Origin: the human T2T-CHM13v2.0 reference genome, Homo sapiens | Direction: 5' to 3' (one strand) | Length of the DNA stretch: 64,000 nucleotides | Assembly: GCF_009914755.1 (NCBI RefSeq) | Contig: NC_060947.1 | Shown: piece by piece, positions 1 to 14,279 of the stretch | Position numbering within the stretch: position 1 is the first letter of the stretch | How the letters are laid out: the number at the start of each line of letters is the position of its first letter | Notes under the pieces: model-generated | The model's input: only the letters and a program-made list of their open reading frames with translations | Databases searched by the model: none | Told to the model about the DNA's origin: nothing | Program-made: the position numbers and the translations under genes

Positions 1-115
1 AACTTTAAAACATAACTGGTACTCTCAAACAAGCAATTTAAATAATTGATGAATCCCATTTCCACGTGCTTGATAGTCATCAGTGATTGAGGGCCTGTGA
101 GTGAGAACAATCAAG

Positions 116-470
116 TCAGTGGTCTTCAAGTTTTGCTGTACGTTCTCATCAGTTGGAGATTACAAGCTTTCTTTTTCTTTTTTAAAATGATGCCAAGGCA
201 GGCTTCTTCCCAGACCAAATAAATCAGAAGCTCTAGGAGTGAAGCTTGATCTTTGGCACAGTATTGTACAGCACATCTCAAACTTTAACTTTCATGTAGA
301 TTGCCTAGGGATCTTCGTAAAATGCAGATTCTAATTGAGTGGGTCTGGGGTGTGCCTGAGATTCTGCATTTTGCAATGTCAACAGTGGTGTTCTAAGGAA
401 CACACTTGGAATAGTGAGGTGTCAAAAGCTTCCTGTTTGATTCTAATGTGCAGCCAGCATTGAGAACTGT
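116..470. mobile_element. MER5-family hAT-Charlie MITEs (MER5A-like copy nested in a MER5B-like copy)
   Basis: aaatgcagattctaattgagtgggtctgggg...gagattctgcattt core at ~270-420; MER5B-type end tgattctaatgtgcagccagcattgagaac at ~438-467. Confidence 0.65.
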
Positions 471-2089
471 CTATGACTAAGCTCCTAGTTGTAAGCTGGG
501 TGCTATGTGGGCACAGAAGTAAAATAGAAAAAGAAGCATTCCTCAAATAAGGAATTGTTCCATCCTAAATCACTGTCATGCAATTCACATATCTTTGGCT
601 TATCTTTTGCAAGAAAAAAGGGTCAAATTTTCTAATGGGAAGAAATTCCATTGTAGACCAAAGGAAGCTCAGTTACTCCTCTGGAAGGACAGCCCATTTG
701 ATGTTATCTTATATTAATACAGGTAACTTGCCCCAGCCTTAGCTTTTGCGTTTCCTTTTCTGGAAGGCTCTTTCAGCAGAGTTCTGCATGGCTGTTTCCT
801 GTTCATCATTCCAGCCTCCTCCTATGTACCATTCCCAACCCCACCCCATCACTCTCATTTCCTTATCCTGGGTTTTTCACCAGCTGTTTATCACGAGTTA
901 ATTAATCAATAACAATAAATGGCCAGTGAGCTCAAAGAAACCCACAACCATTCCCATGCCCTGCTGAAACATGAATGAAGCCTGAATATTGGTTAGTACT
1001 ATTGGTCTTGGGAGAGAGAAATCCTAAAAGGAAGAAAAATAATGACCTTATTAAAAAATCACACTGGCTAGCATTTTGGAGGAGGCTTTACATTTATAGC
1101 TTAATCTCAAATTGATTGTCTCATTTGATGCCTATGAAAAACTCATAGGGTGGGGATTTTCCCCATTCTCAAGGTAGGAAAACTGAGTTTTTGAGATGCC
1201 AAAGAGCACAAAATCACAGAAGGAAGAATCAAAGGCAGGCATCTGAATTCAAAGTCTAAGTTCTTTCAACTTCTCCTAGCTGACTTCTTTATTTTTTCAA
1301 CACACTCTTAAGAATCAACAACCAAGTCCTAAGACTGTACATACATTTGAACTTGATATTAAGTAAATTTAACCCACCAGTATCTAAAATGGGAAATAAG
1401 AGATACAAGGCAAGTCACGTTGGTGTGTTTGTCCCAACCCTACACCCTACTTTCTCCATGTGATTTTTAATGGGGGCCCTTTCTATTTACTGAATTACAA
1501 GAAGGATATCCTGAAAAAGACACTATCAAATTCAGGAAATAGTCAGTTAGTTTGTATTACTGAGTATTTATAAAGCAGTATTATTTTCTTATTTAAAGAA
1601 AATGGAAGTTTTAATTATTATTTATTCCAAAGATTATAAAAGGTGAATAATAAGTGATTTAAGAGAGTATATGATAATGATTACAAATCTATTCAAGAGC
1701 AATTTAAGTTTTTTAGTCTTTAATTTTTCCTATTTAAAAAAGTAATACTTTTTTAAAGAAAACAAACAAAAGCAAAAACCAAAAACAGCAGAAATATACT
1801 GTGAAAAGAAGAAATCTCCTATAGTTCCTCCCCCTGAAGAAAGCCATTGTAAGTAATAATGATAATAATAATATAACTAACATTTGTTGAGTGTAGTAAA
1901 GGCCACACACTGTGCTATTAATTTGTTAAAATTTTCTATGGATATAACAAAATATATGCATAGACATTATGTTATTAATATAACTTGCATCATATTATAT
2001 GATGTGTTCTATTCTGTTGTGATACACTAGCAAATGGTAGTACATATCTGTACATAACAGAATCATCACTCATCATTGTAGAAATGTTT

Positions 2090-2310
2090 ACATTTAGTAA
2101 CATTTGTTGTACTAAGCACTGTGTTCAATGCATTACCTGACTTATTTAATTCTGTCAATGATTCTCTGAGGTAGTGTGTAGTATTATTTCATAATCTAGG
2201 AAATCAAGTATTGGAGAGATTTAATAGCTTATTTTAGGACATGGCTTTGAGAGGCAGAGCTAGGATTTCCACTGAGAGCTGTCTCAGCCCAGAGCCTGAA
2301 TTCTTATCAA
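2090..2310 (-). mobile_element. MIR SINE fragment
   Basis: taacatttgttgtactaagcactgtg...gaggtagtg...gcagagctaggattt resembles the reverse complement of the MIR consensus. Confidence 0.55.
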
Positions 2311-2719
2311 TGGTATTTTTAACTTGTTTTAATACTGAGAAAAATATTTTTTAAATATTGATGAACATTAACTCAAAAAAGCGTCTTTAGAACTGCTACA
2401 ATATGTTTGCAATTTAGTAGTAATTCCAGAAAGTGTGCTTGGTAGTAATTGAACTCAAATATTAAGTTCACTTACACCCTCATAAATAGCTTAAAGTTTC
2501 TCAGAAGGTAGGGTGAGTAGTTGATCCAGAAGGTGCCAAAATGATAAGCGTTATAAGCCAAAAATGGACTTCCTGTAGAATGCAATGGGGCTACCTTTCC
2601 ATTCTCAATGAAAATTTCAGCAAAAATAAATGTGCACTCACAGATAAGTAGATAAGCATTATTTGTCCTACACCAACCTCACATATCCTATAAATCTTAG
2701 CGTAAAGTTGTGCATTGAC

Positions 2720-3060
2720 CTGCTGCAACATGAATGAGCCTCAAAGACATAATACTGAGTGAAAGAAGTCAATCACAAAAGACCACATGTCATGTTGTAT
2801 GGTTCCATTCATATGAAATGTCCATAGAAGGCAAAGCTGTTCCAATAGAAAGTAGATTAGTGGGTACCTGGGGCTGGGGGTGGGAACAGGGAATGACTGC
2901 AAATGGGGATGAACAATTTCATTGGGATGATGGAAATATTCTAAACAGATTGTGGGAATGTTGCACAACTCTGTAAATTTATTAAGAAACCACTGAATTG
3001 CACACTTAAACTGAGTAAATTTTATGATGTAAAATTACTTCAATAAAGTTATTTTAAAAA
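2720..3060 (+). mobile_element. L1MB-type LINE-1 3' end
   Basis: gagtgaaagaagtcaatcacaaaagaccaca...ttgcacaactctgtaaat...tcaataaag is a typical L1MB 3'UTR. Confidence 0.8.
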
Positions 3061-3367
3061 TATATCTCAATAAGAGAACCAGAAATTACTTGCAAGTGAA
3101 GGATTAAAATTAATCTTATACATTCAAAATAAGTGAGTAACATTATAATGTATCATTTTCCTTCCTAGGACACCCATTTAGAAAAATCACAATATAATGA
3201 ATGAAAATAAACATCATTTTTTTGTTACTACTTATTTAGTATTTATAGTGATCTGACCAAGCATCCATCTGTGGTTAATATAGAAACAGCCCACTGATCT
3301 ACACACCAGACTTCTAAGAAATTCAGCTTTCTAAAATCAGAAGCAAAAAAGGCATCTGAACAACTAT

Positions 3368-3534
3368 CAGGATTGGCTACATAATTTATGGAGCCCTGAT
3401 CAAAATGAAAATGCAGGACCTCTTGCTCAGATTAATAATTTTAAAATGATGACAGCAGAACATTAGTCATGTTGTCCTTCTGAGCATGGGCCCTGTGCGA
3501 CCACACAGGTAGGATACTCATAAAGCTGGTGTTG
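3368..3534 (-). mobile_element. MER45A (hAT-Tip100) MITE
   Basis: ggctacataattt...aaaatgaaaatgc...gggccctgtgcgaccacacagg matches the reverse complement of MER45A. Confidence 0.75.
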
Positions 3535-3908
3535 GCAATCAAACTAGTTGTCACAAAAATTCTGGACTAAGGCCATGCATTTTATTCAAGAGGTTTATTC
3601 TGTAACAGAAGTCCTCTAACTCTCATTTTATTCTACATGCACATTTATGGACTTGGTTATCTCATTTGATGGACTAAGGGCAATCAAAATCAACACATAA
3701 GAACTGAGTGGAAGATTTCAGAAGGAAGAAGCCCTCTTCTGAAGGGAAAAGTGAAGAAACACTAAGAAGCTAACCCAGCAATATGAAGTATAATAATGGG
3801 ACCAGGAAATAGTAAATTTTTCTATTACACCCTGTTTGCAAAGACAGCAACATCTAATACATTTTAGAAAATATTCATCAAAAAACAAAAAGGAAGGACT
3901 CAATGGGG

Positions 3909-4108
3909 CAGCAGTGTGCTGATAAAACATTTAACAACTGGTTCTCTGGAGGAAAGCTCTGATTTGCGCCATTTGTTAATTTCCATAATATAAATACTCA
4001 TTGTGGCGGATTCCAGGGTACCAAGGTGAGGACACAGGACATGCAGTTAGGAAGAGATGCACACAACTGGTTCTCCAGCCAACGCAAGCTGGCTCCAGCA
4101 TACTGCTG
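3909..4108 (-). mobile_element. MER63A (hAT-Blackjack) MITE with TIRs and 8-bp TSD
   Basis: TIRs CAGCAGTGTGCTG / CAGCATACTGCTG; flanks caatgggg (3901-3908) and aaatgggg (4109-4116). Confidence 0.8.
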
Positions 4109-6098
4109 AAATGGGGAAAACATTAGGTACTACCGGCAGTGAAAATATAAGACAGGCCCGGGGCACAGGAGGAGAAATAAAATTCAGTTCTGTTCCCTTA
4201 TAAAACATTTTGTTCCAAGGGTTAGCAAAGAGAGAAGGTGACTGTTGCTATTTGCTAAAATAAGATACTAATTCTAATGGCAAAATCATCTTGGATAATC
4301 AAAAATTGACTACATAACTATTTCCCTTGTCACTTTCCTTCCAAAAATAATTATCTCTGAATAATTTCAAGGTTAAAGATTGTAAGCCTAAAGAGCAACC
4401 GACTGTAAAAACAACTGAAAACTATGCCAGTGATATGGCTTTTAAAAAAATAGTAATATTTGTTTTTAAAAAAGAGAGCATGGCCAAGTAAAAATATTTT
4501 CTCTTTTCTGTTCCAATGGTTTAACCTATGAATCACCCTCTAGGAGTACTATCATACCACAGATAGGCAACTCTTACTCTTTACAGCAAAAGCATAAGTC
4601 TTCACTATCAGTTTTAGTTGCTTCCAATAGAAAGGAGAGTATATGTGATATTAAAATGTAAACATTTCAAATCACCATAGGCTACCTTGAGAATCCCTGA
4701 TTCAAAAGACCTCTCTCACCCTCAGGAACACTTTAAAATTTCTTCAGAGTCAAGCAGTCAACGGCATTCTGGCTCAGGGCATGATACCACAGAAGACACT
4801 TCCCTGATGGTCTCTTAGGTGGCAGCCATATTACTCACCCAGCATGCCTGGTGTTTCCTAAATCCCTTTTCAATTGCCCTTCTTACACCCAGAAGCATCA
4901 AAGAGAGGTCTGGGGATGACTGCTCCCTCTTACTGTAGCAACTCTCTCCTCCAGAGAGGGCAGGGGTTAAAGTTATCTTTTTTAAATTATCTAATAAAAC
5001 CGTAGTTGATCAACATATTTTTTCCAAAAGTATTTACGGAGTGCTTATTACATCCAAGCACTGTTCTAGGACTCATAATTTTGATATTTTTGCTAGGTAC
5101 CAGTCCAATTCTGACAGTACTTAGAAGGCAAGGTAACATACTGTGCACATGCAAGCCTGTTTAAAAACAGTTCTGGAATGAATGCCAAGATGAGAGACGC
5201 TGACTTACATTAGGGAAGCCTATACAACTGATTATCCTCATTACCTCTGTTTAACATAAGCTCAGACTTTTTTTTAAAAAAATCTCAGAACCTATATGGA
5301 CATTATCAGTTTTAATCTAGTGTCTTTTTTGCCTTTATAACTTTCTAGTATGAGCGCATAGAATATCCTACTTAATGAGAGATCCTCTAGGCATGGAGGC
5401 CTAGAGATTTGGTAACACTAATTATTTTGGTTAAAACATATACACACACAAACACACACATGTGCACACACACCCTAAATGGGATCCATCTTTGGGAGGC
5501 CAAGTAGATGAGTATAGGTTTCCCATTCTTGGGAGTAGATGGTATCATTACTAGCAACTGTTGTGAGATGCCCCTGCCTGTAAGAACTGCGACAAGAAAC
5601 TCCTTTTGATGGAAGTTGCCCCCAAAGCAGAAAGGTCAGAATCAGGCTGCAAAGCTGTGGACATGTCAGGGTCTTCAGATCTCTCTCCTACAAGGCATCC
5701 TTACTATCTGGAGATAGATGGAAATTATTGATCTTTCAACATCCTCTTCACCAAGAAGAAAGAATAATAACCTCCAAGAATATTAGTAGCACTGTACTTC
5801 CTGAAAGTCTGAGAAGAATTATTACCCAAGACATGGAAGCACATGGGAAAGGGTAGCCTGCAAGGGGCTAAGCATTTATGTGTGTGTATAACATATGCAT
5901 ATATATGTGTATGTATATCAAAGACAGCATGACTATACATAATATGAAGATGTAATATAATATATATTATCTATAATGTATAATGTATGGTATAGATAAT
6001 CCATTATATATACCATCAAACAGGTAGGTGACAATGTATATTTTATCTCTCACATTTAATTTCATTGCTCTCCTAAGCTGTATGAAAATATCCTGCAA

Positions 6099-6423
6099 GC
6101 TGAACATGGTGACTCACGCCTGTTTTCCTAGAACTTTGGGAGGCCAAAGTGGGCGGATCACTTGCGCCCAGGATGAGACCAACCCAGGCAACATGGTGAG
6201 ACCCCATCTCTACAAAAAATACAAACACAAAAAATTAGCCAGGTGTAGTGGCACACACATGTAGTTCTAGGCACTCAGGAGGCTGAGGTGGGAGGATCAA
6301 CTGAGCCCAGGGAGGTCGAAGCTGCAGTGAGCCAAGGTCACACCACTGCACTCCAGCCTGGGCAACAGAGCAAGACTCTGTCTCAAAACAAAAATGAAAA
6401 CAAAAACGAAAACAAAAACAAAA
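6099..6423 (+). mobile_element. AluJ SINE
   Basis: Dimeric Alu with AluJ-type gagcccagggaggtcgaagctgcagtgagc and an A/C-rich tail. Confidence 0.9.
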
Positions 6424-6589
6424 CCTGCAGCCAAGTTGCCTCTGAAACCTAGAATGATGTCAGACCAACAGATTCCCCACATTGATAGTAACTAATTAAA
6501 TCACTGCTTTCTTTGAGATAAAGACTAGAACAGGCACTCTTTACTCTGGGGCAGGCCTACTCCACTTTGGAAAAGGTGCCAAATCTCAT

Positions 6590-6760
6590 GGGCTTACACT
6601 ACCTGGTGACCTTACACAAGTTACTGAAACTCTCAGGTTCCTTATCTGTAAAATGGGGATAATAATTGTATATGTTTCCTAGGGTTGTTATGAAGATTAA
6701 AGAAGTATTTGTAAAAATTCTAAACCAGTGCCTGTTAAATAGTAAGGACTGCGTAAGTGC
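6590..6760 (+). mobile_element. MIR SINE
   Basis: MIR core ttccttatctgtaaaatggggataataat...agggttgttatgaagattaa. Confidence 0.8.
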
Positions 6761-8024
6761 TATAAAAAAAAAAAAAAAAAAAAAGAAACCGTGGGAGTAT
6801 CTTATTGTTTTCTAATGTTTGCAGAGGGAGTAAGAGTTTTACTCATCTATATATAATATGAGCACATAACTCATTCTCAGTTTGATTTTTCCTTAACACA
6901 AACAAGCCTCTTTTCAGAGTTTAAACAAATCACAAAAGAATTTTTAAGTCATTGTTAAAATTGACATGATTTATAAGCTGGAATGAAAGTGCCATTCTTG
7001 TCCCTTAAATGCATGAGGTGATCAATACGTTTTTTCCTAGATATAAGAAATTCCTTTAGGTACCTGCTTTGGCATGGCTGGCATAGACATATTTATATTA
7101 GGTAATTAAGAACTCAGATGAAAACAATTTGATACTATTGTTAAGCACAATATGTTTTAATTATTATAGTCATAATTATATAATTATACCTTTATATATA
7201 GTATAACAATGCATTCTTTTCTACAGTTTGCAGTTTGATTCCTTTTATCCTTGATGTCATTTAGGAATTCTAAATGTCCTAATTTCTCCAAAACACTGAA
7301 TGAGAGTTGCAGAAAGACAAACATAAAACCAGATTAACTGCAGGTGAAAATGGCATGTGGATAATTTATTTCTGAATCCAGAGGAATTACATTTTTGATG
7401 CTTTGTCTCTCCTTAGCCTAGAGTCTCAAGAAGCTTTTATACATACAAGTCAACAGATTAACATTCGTGATGATTCACTGTTTCAAAATAACTTACATGG
7501 TACATCCAAAGTTACTGCTAGAAATATTGCTGGCATTGATTTCTTTAAGCACATTTAAACACAAAAGCCCAACAGAAAAATCAGAGCTTCTACATTTGGA
7601 CTAAAAAGAGGACACACACAGAGATCTGTTCCTCTCTAATAGAATGTATTAAATAGTAGACTTGAGTGGTGTTTGTAAGTATGACATTGTGGGAGGGAAA
7701 CTATATGAAGCAAAGGCTATACCTTGAATAGGCTGTTATTACTGCACCCATCACCCCAAAACAGGCCAGTGTGATTTTATGTGCCTCCCCCACAAAATAG
7801 AGCTTCTTAATTAAAGCCTTAGCACTTACCAGTTCCTGCCACACAATAAGCAATCAAAAAAAAAAAAAAAAAAAAAAAACCACTGGCTTAAATAAAGACC
7901 AAATAAATGGATCATTGTCCTAAGTAGCTTACAGTCTAATTTGGGAGGTGAGACTAATTTGGGATGTGGGATAATCAATCCTGAGGACAAATAGTGACAT
8001 CAACAGACTTGTGCAGGGTAAAAT

Positions 8025-8750
8025 GTCAAAGAGGATATGGAGAAATCTGAATCCCTGTATTAAGATTGGTGCAAAAGTAATTGCAGTTTTTGCCATTGCT
8101 TTTAATCATCACTGTTACATCACTGGTGGGAATGTAAAATGGAGCAGCCACTTTGGAAAACTGTCTGGCAGCTCTTCAAAAGTTTAAACATAGAGCTACT
8201 ATGTGACCCAGCAATTCCACTCCTAGCTATATTTCATTTCAAGAGAAACAAAAACACATGTACACACAAAAACTTGCACATAAATGTTCACAGCATTATT
8301 CATAATAGCTAAAAAGTGGAAATAACCCAAATGTCCATCAGCTGATGAATGAATAAACAAAATGTGGCGTACCCATACAACGAAAGATTATTCAGCCACA
8401 AAATGAAATCCTGATACATGTACAACATAGATGAGCCTTGAAAACATTATGCTAAGTGAAAGGAGACAGTTACAAAAGGCCATATATTATATGATTCTAT
8501 TTTTATGAAATATCCATAAAAGGCAAATCTATGGGGACAGAAAGTAATTAGTAGTTGCCAGAGGTGTTAAAGGGAAAGGGAGGGGTGGTTGGCTGCTAAT
8601 GAATGCAGCAATTCTTTATGAGGTGATCAGGATGTTCTAGAACATGTGGTGATAAATGCACAATTCTGTGAATATACTAAAAACTACTAAATTGTACACT
8701 TTTAAAAAGGGGAATTTTATGGTATGTGAACTAGACCTCAATTTCTTAAA
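8025..8750 (+). mobile_element. L1MB-type LINE-1 3' region
   Basis: ggtgggaatgtaaaatgg...gacccagcaattccactcct...aacccaaatgtccatca...aacattatgctaagtgaaag. Confidence 0.85.
8060..8106. mobile_element. Half MADE1 (Hsmar1-derived mariner MITE) inserted in L1
   Basis: ttaagattggtgcaaaagtaattgcagtttttgccattgcttttaat matches one MADE1 TIR arm. Confidence 0.75.
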
Positions 8751-9902
8751 ACATGCAAAAGATGCATCACTGCAGGAGTTCAGTGGAGAAGTATTAATAA
8801 AATTTGGAAGACCTTAGAGGCTTCCAGGGGGAGGGGATAATTGAGCTAGGTCTTCAGGGATGCATTGGATTTAGGTTTAAGGAGGGAAGGCATTTCATAG
8901 AAGAGAAAGAAGGTGACGAAGTGAAGCTGGTCATTGTTCCAGTCATGAAAAAAAAAAGAACCAACATACCTTGCAATAATATTGTCAATGAACGTGCCCC
9001 CCCGCACCCCGTCCCCCCCTGGCTAAAAGCACTGTCGTTTACCTCTGCTTCAGGTGGAATTTACAGTTCAAGGCAGCCAATATGCAAACCACCTAAGCCT
9101 CCATTTTCACAGCTGTGGCTTACCAATTTCTCTTTAAAACACCAACTTTTAGATTTCTGTCCCACTCAATTACATTGAAAGAAATCCTAGATATCCTATC
9201 TTTCATCCAGAAATATTTCAGCATTATACTCTTAATGTTTGACATTAACCTAGCATGAACTATCACTGTATGATACTCATGCTGTGACTGTGCCGTATTG
9301 TATTTGACTTTCCCAATATTTGGGGGTCTGAGTTTCAAGAAGGACATGAATGTCAACTTCTAGTCATGTAAATAGAATTAAAAACTCCTAGTGCTGTTTA
9401 TCTTGATAAGGTTTCTATAGTTTACTATTAAATATTAGAGTTCAAGCCTCCACTTGGAATCAGATCCATTCAGGAGACTGTATCATGGTGTTGCATAGCA
9501 GAATTGCTATTTAAGAATAACATTCTTGTCACATTCATCCACATTCCAAAAATACTCTGCTTGGCCTTGATGGCAGGATCTGAGAAGAAGCTGGTCATGG
9601 TGAACACAAAGTTTGGGAGAGATTCTTGCTGAAATATAGCTTTGTGTGACAAAAGAGGAAAAGCACGGGATTCCTGGGATTGGAAGAGCATCCAAAAGCA
9701 GCTAATCCAGCCTCCCGCCCAATGAACAAATTCCCTCCGACGATGCTATTAGGTAAGTATCACCTTGAGTTCAAGTAGTCACAGCTTTATGTCCAACCAG
9801 CTCATGACTGGACAATTTTTATCTAGACAGTCCTCATAGCATGGCCAAAGTCACAAATGATGAAAGACATAATAAACTCTAGAAAAATACATAATATCAA
9901 GA

Positions 9903-10146
9903 CCATGTTTCTTAACCTAGGCACTGTAGACATTTGGGTCTGGATAATTCTTTGCTGTAGGGGCTGTTCTGTGCCCTGTAGGATATTTAGTAGCATCTCT
10001 GACCTCTACTTGCTTATACGCCAATAGCACCCTCCCCAAGATGTGGCAAGCAAATACACAAAAATGTCTCCAGACATTGCCAAATGTCCCTTGGTGGGGG
10101 AGTAGGGGTGGGGGAGGGCAAAATTGCCCCCAGTTGAGAGCCACAG
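9903..10146 (-). mobile_element. MER20 (hAT-Charlie)
   Basis: aaaatgtctccagacattgccaaatgtccc...caaaattgcccccagttgagagccac. Confidence 0.85.
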
Positions 10147-11824
10147 GGCTAGAGGCATTACATGTTAAGAGCTACAGGAGGGAAGCTGTGACCTAACGGC
10201 CATTCATATGTACAGGATATTAGGATACTTACGACCTGAACAAAAATATACCCTTCAGTATCCAACAGTAAGTTATTTGACATTACCAAAACTCAGCAAA
10301 TGTTTGTTAGCTTAAATAAAACCATATGATTGTATATATTTCCTGTTTTAGAATAAGAATAATTCAGTAAAAAGGCTAGTGCATTATGTTTTCATTGCAT
10401 ACATATATACATATAAATAATTGAAGGAGATCTGATAACATGTTAAATTTTAAAATTCAGTGGTGTTATTATTTAGTCAGACTTTGTCCCATCACTGTCC
10501 AATAACTTTATGTACATCATTCTGCTTAATTCTGACTCCATCTCTGAAAGATAGGTCTGCTGACTCAATTATGATATAATACTAAGGCTCACAAATAACT
10601 TGCTGGAAGTCATCCAATTAGTAGATACAAGAGTTGGGATTTGAAACCATGCCTGATTCCAAACACAAACCCAAAGTACAACATTGCATTGAGATTTAGG
10701 ATCTGATTCCCAAGTTCTTGGCCACAAAAGTATGCTGTACGTTTGTCTGTCTCGTTTTAAAGAATTACAAATATGAACAAATGAGAACAATTCAAATATG
10801 TGTCAAGTTTTTTTCACCCATTTTGGTTCCACCTTCTTTGAACATTTTCAAAACATAAAAGACTGTGAGTCAGACTTTGAGCCTATGCCTAATTTAAGCA
10901 AGACTTTATATACTAGATTAATTAACAAAATAGAAGATTGTTCTGCTCTCTTGATCTCACATTGCAACAACCCAGGCTTTATTGTACAGGGGTCACCTCC
11001 CTTCTAGAATGGCTTTATCCACAACTATGCTTGTATAGAGAAGTCTACAAGTCACTAGCTCTCTGTGAGTATCAGCTACAAGACATTGCTCTGGCAACAC
11101 CAAGGCATGCTTGCAATTTAACAAACTCTGTAAGTGGAAGGAAAAAAGAGCCTTCCACCTAAATGCCAAATCTATATGTTTCACATAGGAGTGATGTTTG
11201 AAATATCTATTTCATTTTTGCCTGCCACTCCCCTATTCTCTCAGAGCTCTGTTACATAAAGCATTAGGTGTTCTGGGGAATAATTGAGCATCAGTTGTGG
11301 CAGAGCGTAGGAGGATGCCTAGGTTACCTCCATTATCACACACTCTATTTAGGAGGTGGGCAAATCCTATTTATGTAACTCCAGATGAAGATACACCCTA
11401 GCAATTTGGGAGGGTGATCACCAAAATAAATAGGTAATTTCACTTGAACACCTTGTACTAAGCACAAATCTGCTTACTGCCTTCATCTTCTTCGAAAGGA
11501 ACAGGTGTCATTGAAAACAATAGTTTGCGTTGGCTGCTCAGTATGGGAAAGCCAAGGGGTTGAAATTCAAAGCTGAGTAGAATACGGGCAGAGAACAGCA
11601 GCTGAATTTTACTACGAAATGTGAAAACACAGCTCTGTATCCTCCCCACCTGTGAAGATAAGACATCCTGACTATTTCAGTGTGAGAAAAGTTCAGCAAT
11701 CTTGGGGTGCTCAGGGCTGGGTGTAGGTATGGGGGAGAGTTAGAGATAGTTGATGTGAAAACTTCCCCAGTAGGAAACTGAGTCAAATCAGTCATCTTTT
11801 GGTTGCTCATTCAGTTCTCTAAAG

Positions 11825-12128
11825 CCCTGGTGTCAAATACGACAGCCACTAGCCCCAAGTGACCAATGAGTACTGGAAATGTGGCTAGTCAGAATTAAAA
11901 TGTGCTGTAAGTATGAAATAAATAATAGTGCAAAGACTTGGCATGACAAATGTGTATATCTCGTTAGGAACTTTTCTATTGTTTGCATATTAAAATAATA
12001 TTTCAGATATATTAGGTTAAATAAAATATATTACTGTTTCTTTTTATTTTTAAACTTATCTAAATGTGGCTATTATAAAATTTAAAATTGCATATGTGGC
12101 TTGGATTTCATTTCTATTGGACAACACT
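11825..12128. mobile_element. MER33-like hAT-Charlie MITE
   Basis: agccactagcc...gaaatgtggctagt...aaatgtggctattataaaattt...tttctattggacaacact. Confidence 0.7.
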
Positions 12129-14279
12129 AATCAGGCTGAAAGTTACTTTAAGGCATGATTTATGCTGAGCTCAAAGGAAGGCGCTTCCATAGGAAAGTGT
12201 TGCTTGACTGAGCTTGGCTCCCTATCTCAAAATGTTAACTTCAAATATACTTCAAAACTGAAATTTCATTCACTGCCTTCTTGGCAAAATCTGTTAGATA
12301 AACAAATCTTCTACTCTTTGAGACATGAAAAAGGATGGTTAACAATGTAACTAAACTTTCTTCCTTTGCAGACATACTTAAACCACGTTAAAGCAGAGAT
12401 AAAACAGGCTCTAACATTGAAATGGGCTCATAATTAGGTGCTAATGTTGAATATCCTGTAATGTTTCAAAAAGACACAGATGCAGAAAGGCCAGGTCTGC
12501 ACAAGGCAAGAGAGAAAACGTTGCATTTATGAATGCAAATATGTTACAGATATCCAAGTTCACCAGTCTATGCCTTACTGATACTTCTTGCTTTTTGGCA
12601 TCTCCTCTTTAATTTCCACCACTTAACTGATTCACACCTGGGTCAGAGGCAAAGCCGTCTTCCTCATCTCTCTGATGAGCCTCTCCACTCTTTGCATCTC
12701 CCATTGCTAATCTGTCTTGTCCCCCTACCATTGCAAATCATCTCAACTTTTGGCTTAAGAACCTATGAGAGTAGCAGGCAGCCCAGGATCGAGGTCATCC
12801 TTGCATCAAAGCCTTAAAATCCGATTCTACATAATCCAGCCAAGCAAGAGATTCCAAAGGCAAGCACGAGAATCATTAATAATGAAGTAGTCTTCCAATC
12901 TATTCAAGTCAATCCTCAGTCTTTTTAATGCAACATTTACATTAAAACATAAAAATAATCCCTTTGTTTTGCATTTGTTTAATTCATTTACAAATTATTC
13001 CATATAATTAGAACTCAAAGAAAGTATCACTGTCTGCCAACAGGAACCAAATTTTCTTTTCAGTTCATAAGTTTTTTACCCTCCAAAACCTCATCTTAAA
13101 AAGTTTTGTGTTTGTGGGTGGTTATAAATGTTTTTCTAATCTAGAGCTCAAAGAAAATGTGGCCAAAGGATACTGCTTTGGGTAACCTCAGGAAGGAAGA
13201 ATATCTCCAAAAATATTAAAAATAAAAAAGCAGATCATAGCTCTTAAGGCCCAGTATGCTAAATCCTCAGCGAGCCTGGATCATGTAGGAACGAGTAATT
13301 CTAGATAAGCACACATCCTGGATAGCTCAGGGTTAACATTCTAACTATCTTATTGTAAGAGCTTCTATTTCTCTAATGGAGACATTTTCATGTCTTTTAA
13401 AACCATTGAACAGTTTGTCTTATAAGCATAATTATAGGTGAAAATACAGATTAAATAAAGAGCTGATTGAATCTGTCATGATATTACCACATGAAGCAAA
13501 TGTCTGCAGGCATCCACACTGACAATCCATTATGACTGTTATATCTTTTCAATATGGCACCCAGCGTCCTGGTAGGCCTAATATAAGGGGCTGCTGGCTG
13601 CCCCTCCAGCAAACGTTAGAGCAGTTCCTGACTCTACTTCTTCATTGCTGCTCTCTTTTCCACTGTCAACAGGAAGGGCAAACTGCTGTCCCTCTGTTGA
13701 TTCTCACTTCTACCACCACATGGCCATGGGTGCCCACCTTGAGGTCCCAGGTGACCCCAGTACTGTTGCCACTGTGATCTCTACCACTCTGCTCCTCTTT
13801 GCTTTCTCCATCCTTAGTTCTCAAAATGAGCTTTTCATGCACCTATCACCACTGGGGTGGAATGTCTTTTTCCTTCTATAAGACAAATCCATGACGGAAG
13901 ACACTGCTGGGTAAAAACACATCTGGATCCCAATTCTACTTTTAAGGAGAATTTCTTTTTTCTTTCTTTTTAAAAAAATTACTAGTCATTCCTGCAGGTT
14001 GGTATCCTACAAATCAAGGGTTTACTGTATGATTATTACATATCCATAAGAAAAAAATGACAATTTAAAAAATTTTAATGGCAAGCTCTGGCATATTAAT
14101 TGGAAATCCTTGGTTCTTAGTCTAAACATTGAATTGTTGTGTAATCAATTTCTAGTCAAATAATCAATTTCTACTTCAGTTTCATTAATAATTATGATTA
14201 AGTCAGTAGCAAAAAAGCATGTTATTTCTCCTCGGGAAGATGTAAGACAGCTTAACTTAAGGGACCCTAAATATGGTCT

